Of a stretch of DNA of 64,000 nucleotides, positions 53,048-59,717 are shown piece after piece. Source of the DNA: a virus; IMG/VR virus record IMGVR_UViG_3300010158_000036, positions 32,001-96,000 of that record, one strand, 5' to 3'. Within the stretch, counting starts at the first letter, position 1. The number at the start of each line of letters is the position of its first letter. The position numbers and the translations under genes were made by a program. A model generated the notes under the pieces. The model had not been told where the DNA came from, ran no database searches, and was given only the letters and a program-made list of their open reading frames with translations.

Positions 53048-53782
53048 TTATACTTGAGCTTTAAATATTGTCAAACATTTTACTGACTCAGCACCAGCTT
53101 CTTGTAATGTTTGAAAAATAGATACTAAACTTGAACCGGATGCAATAACATCATCAATGATTAACACTTTCTTACCCTCAAATTTCTTTGCATTGCCAGT
53201 ATACGAAAACACATTCTTGAGAAACTTTCTGTAAGGAGGAAGAACCCATTTCATTTGAAAATACCCAAGTTTTACACCTCTCCGAATAGATGACTCTAAT
53301 TTCTTAATAGTAGAATCTGATAACTTCTTTGATTCAAGATCTAGTGTAATTTTGGAAGGATCTTCAGCTTTTACAAAAGAATCTAGAAGAAACTCAATTC
53401 CTGGATTTCTTTCTTTAATTTTCTGGGCGAAATCTTTAGTTAAAGATGAAGATGATTTCGGAGTAACAATGATATCGACATTTAAATCTCGAATAATTTT
53501 TGTTGCATACACAGCCGATCTATTAAGAAACTGATTATAGGCACTAACATCAATATGCATAGCTTTCAAGCGTTTAAGAATGATTGTTGCATCTGCCCCT
53601 TTTGAAGTATATAAATTAAAAACATCCAATGTAATACCTTCAATATTTTTTGTGTGTGGTTTTAATTCACTTTTACCGAATCTTAGATTGATTAGATCTC
53701 CAGCTTTAGACTCATAATCAATAATAACTTGATTATCGGAATTCAATGTCATTGATTCCACGAATTGCAGAAATGATTTCAT
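53048..53782 (-). CDS. Phosphoribosyltransferase-fold late protein
   Basis: PRPP loop VLIIDDVIASGSS; start MKSFLQFVES at 53782 after late promoter 53787-53794. Confidence 0.8.
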   Translation of the reverse strand: MKSFLQFVESMTLNSDNQVIIDYESKAGDLINLRFGKSELKPHTKNIEGITLDVFNLYTSKGADATIILKRLKAMHIDVSAYNQFLNRSAVYATKIIRDLNVDIIVTPKSSSSLTKDFAQKIKERNPGIEFLLDSFVKAEDPSKITLDLESKKLSDSTIKKLESSIRRGVKLGYFQMKWVLPPYRKFLKNVFSYTGNAKKFEGKKVLIIDDVIASGSSLVSIFQTLQEAGAESVKCLTIFKAQV

Positions 53783-53800
53783 TTTGTATTTATAAGAAAG

Positions 53801-53871
53801 TGGTGGAACTGCCGGGAATCTCACCCGGATCCACAACATTATTCATGTTATGTCGAAATAAATTCAGCCCC
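53801..53871 (-). ncRNA. Minimal tmRNA-like RNA (tRNA-like domain only)
   Basis: GGGGCUG...UUCGAC 5' end, G3.U70 acceptor, 3' CAGUUCCACCA, no D-stem, 8-bp hairpin in place of the coding domain. Confidence 0.75.
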
Positions 53872-53881
53872 TTTTTTAAAA

Positions 53882-53955
53882 TGGCATAGCATGTAGGTAA
53901 CGATCCCACGCCAAGAAGTTTGGAATTTCTGGTTCTACCATTGAACTAATGCTAT
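53882..53955 (-). tRNA. tRNA-Trp(CCA)
   Basis: Cloverleaf, loop UUCCAAA, G73, encoded CCA. Confidence 0.8.
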
Positions 53956-53964
53956 ATTTAAAAA

Positions 53965-54037
53965 TGGTCCGCGCCATGCCAACGCACATGGATAGGCAGA
54001 TTCGCAGTCTGCGACATTACTCTTATGCTACGCTCGG
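53965..54037 (-). tRNA. Atypical tRNA-Arg(GCG)
   Basis: gcaga-CUGCGAA-tctgc; bulged acceptor stem, 8-nt T-loop, CCA. Confidence 0.55.
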
Positions 54038-54045
54038 TTTAAAAT

Positions 54046-54120
54046 TGGTGCCTCTAGTAGGAGTTCAACCTACTTCATCAGTTTCGAAGACTGAGGTCCT
54101 ATTCGGTAGACGATAGAGGC
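54046..54120 (-). tRNA. tRNA-Arg(UCG)
   Basis: tcagt-CUUCGAA-actga, CCA. Confidence 0.9.
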
Positions 54121-54129
54121 ATATGAAAA

Positions 54130-54354
54130 TTACTCATTAGACAAACTATATGAATGCACTGCATTATAACCTGCAATCCAAATTCCAAGAACATGTTCAA
54201 GATTTTCTGGAGTTGTTTCAAGATTTAATTTTTTAAGAACCTTCTTAATAATATTTTTATCTACTTGAGTCAATCCCATGAAATTATGAACTAATCCACC
54301 TCTTTCTGATAAGACAGCTTCAGCGGCTTCTGATATTGATGATCGTTGTAACAT
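54130..54354 (-). CDS. Small late protein inside the tRNA cluster
   Basis: Late promoter 54360-54367; SISEAAEAVLSE. Confidence 0.5.
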   Translation of the reverse strand: MLQRSSISEAAEAVLSERGGLVHNFMGLTQVDKNIIKKVLKKLNLETTPENLEHVLGIWIAGYNAVHSYSLSNE

Positions 54355-54509
54355 AATATTATTTATATATTTTGAGAAACTTTCTATTGCTGGATAGAAC
54401 ATGAAATTAATTCCTATGTCCTGAATCTAACAGATCAAGATAAGGCATACAAGCCACAAGCTACCCGTTCTACATATAGTGTCGGACCTCTTGAATAACA
54501 TAAGAAAAA

Positions 54510-54585
54510 TGGCGGAACCGACCAGTTTTGATCTGGCTGCCTCCTAAGTGACAGTTAGGTGCTCTCCCGATTGAGCTACGGTTCC
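54510..54585 (-). tRNA. tRNA-Asp(GUC)
   Basis: cctaa-CUGUCAC-ttagg, CCA. Confidence 0.9.
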
Positions 54586-54591
54586 GTAAAG

Positions 54592-54666
54592 TGGTCCCGG
54601 TGGAGAATTTTGAAATCTCAACCTATCGCTTATCGAGCAATTACTCTGCCTTTGAGTTACACCGGG
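54592..54666 (-). tRNA. tRNA-Ile(GAU)
   Basis: attgc-UCGAUAA-gcgat (C33), CCA. Confidence 0.8.
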
Positions 54667-54676
54667 AATTAAAAAG

Positions 54677-54750
54677 TGGTACTCCTAACCGGGCACGATC
54701 CGGTCTCTAATCCTTGAAAGGGATTTGTTCTACCGCTAAACTATAGGAGC
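54677..54750 (-). tRNA. tRNA-Glu(UUC)
   Basis: aatcc-CUUUCAA-ggatt, CCA. Confidence 0.9.
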
Positions 54751-54765
54751 ATATTGAAAATTTAA

Positions 54766-54868
54766 TTAGTGTTGAAAGAATCAAACTTTCTCTTCAGTAA
54801 TTGTTTACTAATCCTATCGGACAAGAAACCCTTTGCTAGGGGCGTGCTATCATTACACTAAACACTAA
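54766..54868 (-). ncRNA. tRNA-like RNA with extra arms, no CCA
   Basis: tagtgtt/aacacta acceptor, D-arm, three small hairpins, T-arm gaaag-tttgatt-ctttc. Confidence 0.55.
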
Positions 54869-54870
54869 AT

Positions 54871-54962
54871 TGGCGGAAGAAGTGAGATTTGAACTCACGG
54901 GAGTTTTAAGGCTCCTCTAGTTTTCAAGACTAGCGCAATAAACCAGGCTCTGCCATCCTTCC
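54871..54962 (-). tRNA. tRNA-Ser(UGA)
   Basis: ctagt-CUUGAAA-actag, long variable arm, CCA. Confidence 0.92.
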
Positions 54963-54970
54963 ATTAAAAT

Positions 54971-55044
54971 TGGTGCCCCTAGCAGGAATTAAACCTACGT
55001 TCTCGCTTTAGAAGAGCGGAGTCCTTTCATTAGACGATAAGGGC
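54971..55044 (-). tRNA. tRNA-Arg(UCU)
   Basis: Loop CUUCUAA, CCA. Confidence 0.88.
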
Positions 55045-55057
55045 CATATATTAAAAT

Positions 55058-55132
55058 TGGTACACCCGCCGATAATCGAAATCGGTTAGTCGGATTAAAA
55101 GTCCGGTACATCGCCAGCAATGTTTCGAGTGC
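55058..55132 (-). tRNA. tRNA-Lys(UUU)
   Basis: Loop CUUUUAA, CCA. Confidence 0.88.
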
Positions 55133-55161
55133 ATTTTTGAAAATTAAAAAAGATGATATTG

Positions 55162-55225
55162 TGAGTGCAGATTTGAACTGCTCTTCCCCTTAGGATGTGC
55201 TTCCGAGTTACACCATATTCACTCA
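55162..55225 (-). ncRNA. tRNA-like RNA with truncated anticodon arm
   Basis: tgagtg/cactca, D-like arm, mini hairpin tcc-taag-gg, T-arm gcag-ttcaaat-ctgc. Confidence 0.5.
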
Positions 55226-55492
55226 TCATCAGAGAGTCACTCAAACATTTGTACTTCATGTTTGGCATTGGTAATTACTCAATGCAAAGTGACTCTCGTT
55301 AAAATTAATTCTGTATGTATATGAACTTTTCTACGCCTCTTCGGTTTTAACTACTTTGCAGTTTATTAGGAATTGCGAACCTAATAAGAGTATTCGTTAT
55401 TAATCTAAAGGAACTCATCGCATTGAGTTTCTCCAACGTATTTCATTGTTTGTACCTTATTGCTAAGGTTTTTTGCCATACAGAAAAAGGGA

Positions 55493-55564
55493 CTCCCAAG
55501 GTTGGTAACGCTCCAACTACCTAGTGTTTAACAGACACCCGCTCTGCTAGTGAGCTACTTGGGA
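55493..55564 (-). tRNA. tRNA-Asn(GUU), CCA not encoded
   Basis: Loop CUGUUAA, G73. Confidence 0.85.
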
Positions 55565-55572
55565 TTTAAAAA

Positions 55573-55659
55573 TGGTGGGTACCGGACGTTACGCTCGTCT
55601 CCCCCGTGAAAGGAAGTGTTTTACAGACACTCTTCAGGAACTACCTGATTTCGTTACCC
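55573..55659 (-). tRNA. tRNA-Tyr(GUA), atypical D-arm
   Basis: agtgt-CUGUAAA-acact, variable arm, CCA. Confidence 0.75.
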
Positions 55660-55686
55660 ATGAAAGTTATTTATACAGAAAGAAAG

Positions 55687-55778
55687 TGGCAAGCTGAAGG
55701 TGAGATTCGAACTCACGTGAGGAATTGAATCCTTCCTGATTACAAAACAGGCGCCATCGACCACTAAGCGACTCCAGC
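55687..55778 (-). tRNA. tRNA-Thr(UGU) with long variable arm
   Basis: Acceptor GCUGGAG/CUUCAGC, loop UUUGUAA, extra arm agga-ttcaat-tcct, canonical T-loop. Confidence 0.75.
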
Positions 55779-56477
55779 ATTATTATATAATTCAAAAAAT
55801 TTCTTAAAAATAGGACCATTAAAGGATATACCTATAGTACTAAATGCTTTACTCAAAACCCCATGTTTATCGTACTCTATTTTAAGGGCTTCAAAATTAT
55901 CTTTAACTATATTAGGTTTTGCTAAACATTCACACTTTCTAGAACAAAATCGCCTGGGGTATTTATTGGCAAATCGTTTTGAACAATTATCACATATATA
56001 TTGAAGCTCGAATTCTTTCCACTTATTACGACCTTTCACCCACCCAACAGGTATCGGAATCAATCTATTTACGCAAATATTTTCTTTTAATTCTATATTC
56101 GATATAAAATGATTTCCGAAATTTGGGTTACGGTCTCCTTTATTTGCTATTTTCATTATCTCAGATGTATATTTCGCGCATTCAATCCTAATCCATTCAT
56201 ACAATCTGGCCGATTTTATAAAAGGTTTATCAGGATCATTCGAATTCTTTCTTTGCATATTATGCAGTGCGAATGAATTTTGAGAGCATCTTTGAAATCT
56301 TGCAAGTAACAAATGAGCCATATAATGTTCTCTCGCAGTCAAATTTACTCTATTGTGTTTATCATCAGAACCACCTAAAGATGATGGGATTATATGATGA
56401 TTTTCCTTGTATCCAGAAGTTACTGGATTTTGTTGCCGATTTAATATAAGATCGTTATAGATTTTTTCATAGTTCAT
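55764..56477 (-). CDS. HNH homing endonuclease
   Basis: MNYEKIY..LI, ENHHIIP.SLGGSD...N.V.LTAREH..AH.LL; late promoter 56484-56491. Confidence 0.9.
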   Translation of the reverse strand: MNYEKIYNDLILNRQQNPVTSGYKENHHIIPSSLGGSDDKHNRVNLTAREHYMAHLLLARFQRCSQNSFALHNMQRKNSNDPDKPFIKSARLYEWIRIECAKYTSEIMKIANKGDRNPNFGNHFISNIELKENICVNRLIPIPVGWVKGRNKWKEFELQYICDNCSKRFANKYPRRFCSRKCECLAKPNIVKDNFEALKIEYDKHGVLSKAFSTIGISFNGPIFKKFFELYNNAGVA

Positions 56478-56666
56478 ATAATCTATTTATACTGAACTTA
56501 CACTACCAAATTACAAATATTGCACTGCACTAGCCGGAGTACAAAACCGGTTCATCGCTATCTATGATTTGGAAGCATATAGAAAATGTTCGAGTTGCAG
56601 TTTAATGCTGTAGGGACCCGTCGCTCCTGTAAGGCAATGCACCACACATTGCAGATTATTTGAAAA

Positions 56667-56743
56667 TGGTTGCGGATGCATTCTCTGCCCATGCGATCTT
56701 CGCCTTATGAGGACGACGAGATGACTGGATTCTCCAATCCGCG
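56667..56743 (-). tRNA. tRNA-fMet-like (CAU)
   Basis: C1:A72 mismatch, loop CUCAUAA, CCA; lacks the three consecutive G-C pairs. Confidence 0.75.
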
Positions 56744-56771
56744 ATTATAGTTATTTATATCAAACAAAAAA

Positions 56772-56846
56772 TGGTCCCCCCGGTTGGTGCTGCCCCAACG
56801 ACCTACCGATTATGAGTCGGGTGCTCTCCTGTTGAGCTACAGGGGG
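56772..56846 (-). tRNA. tRNA(CAU), probably Ile2
   Basis: ccga-CUCAUAA-tcgg arm typical of Ile2, CCA. Confidence 0.8.
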
Positions 56847-57032
56847 ATATATATAACCTCTGAGGATTCCTGTACCCCGATTATTTCATACCGACCGAGT
56901 TATGTCGGAATCTTGAATGTTTTCTCTGTGATTGATTCGAACAATCCCATCTTTCATCGTCACTCTATACTGCAAGGACGAGTTGAACGTCACCAATGTG
57001 TCATATTGCTCACCATGAGCTTCAAAGAAAAT

Positions 57033-57120
57033 TGGTACCGATGACGCGATTTGAACACACAAACTATTTAAAACGTGGGTTTTTAAGACCCAAGTGTATT
57101 TCCAGTTCCAACACATCGGT
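57033..57120 (-). tRNA. tRNA-Leu(UAA)
   Basis: tgggt-CUUAAAA-accca, variable arm, CCA. Confidence 0.88.
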
Positions 57121-57135
57121 ATTTATTATAGAAAT

Positions 57136-57840
57136 TGGTGACCTGGATATCTCGTCATTATTACAATCAAGCGACCATCTTCTGGGTTTATTCGCTTTTA
57201 TTTTGTGCAGACGCAGATCATTTATTATAGAAATTGGTTGGCTGGAACACATATTCATTTAACCCAGGTAATCAATGGGCACCATTATTTAATAAGTTGA
57301 GATATGGAAGATTCGAACTTCCTTGGGTAGCTGCGAAAGGCTACATGGTTGAGCTTGTCACCGGGCTTTTTCTAGAATTAAAAATTTATCGGCTAACATT
57401 TTTGAAAAGCCGTATTGTTACAACCCACACTGGGGAGCAAATGGCAAATGTTTTTTTTGCAAATGGGCCGAAAAGCTCCTTCAGAAATTTAAGGGTATGT
57501 CAAAGATCGGGGTTTGTAATCAACCAACTAAATCAGTTTTTGTGAACTTAATTCAATCAGTCGCTTACGGGCTTATTGTAACAGGTTTTTACAAACTTGT
57601 AAACAATAAAATAGAAAGAATTTATACACCAATTCCTTTTGATTATCCGTTGTCCGTTTCCACTAAAGGATTGAGAGGCTGACAATAATCAAATGTGCTA
57701 TTAAAATTAACGGGTGTTACCTTCTGTCATTTAACCAGCATCTCCTGGCACCGTTTTAAATTTATACAAGATCAGATACGGCAGCCTCTTGGAGGACTGG
57801 AGGAGACACTTAGAATCGAATTTCTTCAATTCTTGGTCAC
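57136..57840 (-). ncRNA. Long non-coding structured region at the head of the tRNA operon
   Basis: No credible ORF; two CCA-ended closing stems (57136, 57235); T-loop hairpin ggaag-ttcgaat-cttcc; promoter just upstream. Confidence 0.55.
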
Positions 57841-57844
57841 GGAG

Positions 57845-57895
57845 TTATTATAGCAGAATTTTCAGAGATCGTAAACAAGAAAGTTGAACTATTTT
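57845..57895 (-). promoter_or_regulatory. Sigma70-type early promoter for the RNA cluster
   Basis: CTTGTTTACGAT...TGCTATAAT. Confidence 0.75.
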
Positions 57896-58099
57896 TTACA
57901 GACCATGTTCATGCCTCATTCCGAGGGCATGACATTTTTGATAGGCTGCAAAAGACTTAGCTTCAAGATCGTGTTGACCTTGAGGAGTGACAAACACACT
58001 ACCGAGATAGCGATCTTCTTGTTGAAGAGCGTAATTGTAATCAGTAAGAGCTTTCTTCTGCTCTTTAGTGAGACGTGCTTTTGTAGTTTTCATAGTCGG

Positions 58100-58199
58100 T
58101 TTCGTTATGGGCTTAATATACACCAAAATTCGGTCCGTGTAAACAAAAAAGTACGTAAAAGGAGAAAATAATTTAATTCCCTTGATTTCCAATGGGTTA
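58100..58199 (-). promoter_or_regulatory. Early promoter cassette
   Basis: TTTTTTGTTTACACG...GTGTATATTAAGCCCATAACGAAACC; palindrome 58175-58199. Confidence 0.75.
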
Positions 58200-58212
58200 C
58201 GGCGACGAAAAT

Positions 58213-58965
58213 TCAGTCCTCTGTGGATTCTGAAGTGCTCATAGCAGCATTTCTTTGAGCCATCGTAGAAAATCCTCCAGATTTCCTTTTCATATCTTTG
58301 AGGATTGCTTCGATATTATCACCGCCCTTGGCAGCTTTTATAATATCCCTATCCCGAGAAGACAATTTTGCTCCAGGATTTTCATGAGCAATTGTAATAA
58401 TTTTCTTAATTTCAGCTGCCGTCAATTCCTTTACCTCGTTTCCGTCAAGATCATTTACATCATCTCCATAATGATTATAGAATTTAGAATCAATACCTGC
58501 CCAATAGAAATCCTTGAGTTTTAGATTTGTCTTCAGAGATTCTAGATTCTCTTTTGTAATATCTTTTTCTCTACACCAAAAGACAATCACAGTATGAGAA
58601 ATATTTTTCGTCCAAATACGACCCGACTTAGTTGAAATTTTTGAATTACCATTAGTTATATTATCTATATTCTGTTTATCTATAGCATAGTCTGTATCTT
58701 TATCCGATAATTCTCCAAAACGTTTCAGATCTTTAGTTTTATAATTGGTAATAATATCCTGATATAAATTATTATGAGTTTCAAAGGGTCCAGAATTATA
58801 AACCAAGATCTCATCTGGTCCAATAAACCCAAAGGGACCTAATGATTCATGCCACCTAAAAACTTTACCATCAAAATAAGCTTTATCTGGTGTTGAATTA
58901 TAAGCATTAAATTTCTTACTTGATTCGGATAAAATAGATAAAGCTTTTTTGATAATAGAATTCAT
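58213..58965 (-). CDS. Late protein, putative internal head protein
   Basis: Late promoter 58972-58979; MNSIIKKALSILSES. Confidence 0.5.
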   Translation of the reverse strand: MNSIIKKALSILSESSKKFNAYNSTPDKAYFDGKVFRWHESLGPFGFIGPDEILVYNSGPFETHNNLYQDIITNYKTKDLKRFGELSDKDTDYAIDKQNIDNITNGNSKISTKSGRIWTKNISHTVIVFWCREKDITKENLESLKTNLKLKDFYWAGIDSKFYNHYGDDVNDLDGNEVKELTAAEIKKIITIAHENPGAKLSSRDRDIIKAAKGGDNIEAILKDMKRKSGGFSTMAQRNAAMSTSESTED

Positions 58966-58974
58966 ATAACTTAT

Positions 58975-59658
58975 TTATAAATTTTCAATGATTTCTTTTT
59001 TACTCGACTTCTTAACATCTTTCTCAATCTTAGCTTTTGCAACATTTCTTTTCTTCTCCCGAATCTTATTCCGATTTTCAAGACGTTCCATTACTTGATC
59101 TGTAGTAAACCATAAATCCTTATCATTTGATAACTCTTCTAATTCCTTTTCAGTTAAGAAATCTGTATAAGCATCTCTGAAGATTTTTTCGGTCCAAGCT
59201 TTTTTATTCACAATATCTGAATACATTTCTCCTCCTTTGCCAATAGCTCCGCCAGAGTAATTATGTATGAGAAAGAGAGCAGAATTTGTCAACTCCCATT
59301 CATCAGCTGCAAGAAAGATGAGAGTTGCCGCCGACATACAAGCTCCTTCAACACTTACAATAATATGAGCATTTGTTTCTGATAATACTTGAAGGAATTG
59401 TACCGCTGAAAAAAGTTCGCCTCCTTTAGAATTTATAATGATTCTAATCACATCAGAATCCCTTGCATTCCTCATTTCATGAAACCATTCAATATATTCA
59501 GATGGTTCTCCTATATCATCAACAAGATAGTATGTTTTAACTGTACCATAATCATAACTAAATGATTCTCGTGGCCCAGTTTTGAGCATTTCCATTAAAC
59601 CTTTTTGACCGTTATGGTTTTTAGACACTACTGTACGATATTGTTTTATTGAGGACAT
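58975..59658 (-). CDS. ClpP-like protease
   Basis: IINSKGG, GACMSAATLIFLA, FLIHN, DLWF. Confidence 0.85.
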   Translation of the reverse strand: MSSIKQYRTVVSKNHNGQKGLMEMLKTGPRESFSYDYGTVKTYYLVDDIGEPSEYIEWFHEMRNARDSDVIRIIINSKGGELFSAVQFLQVLSETNAHIIVSVEGACMSAATLIFLAADEWELTNSALFLIHNYSGGAIGKGGEMYSDIVNKKAWTEKIFRDAYTDFLTEKELEELSNDKDLWFTTDQVMERLENRNKIREKKRNVAKAKIEKDVKKSSKKEIIENL

Positions 59659-59717
59659 ATTGTGTATATTATGATTTTAAATAACAGAAAGCTCTAAAAT
59701 AGGATGATTATAGATTT

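Noticed and set aside
53783-53839. N-terminal extension MLWIRVRFPAVPP of the PRTase ORF
   Set aside because: Overlaps the mini-tmRNA and lies upstream of the late promoter; the real start is 53782
57430-57520. c-di-GMP riboswitch or hammerhead-like look on the plus strand
   Set aside because: Core motifs are incomplete and the strand is opposite to operon transcription
56784-57682. Short ORFs across the tRNA and ncRNA region
   Set aside because: They overlap tRNAs or structured RNA and show no protein motifs
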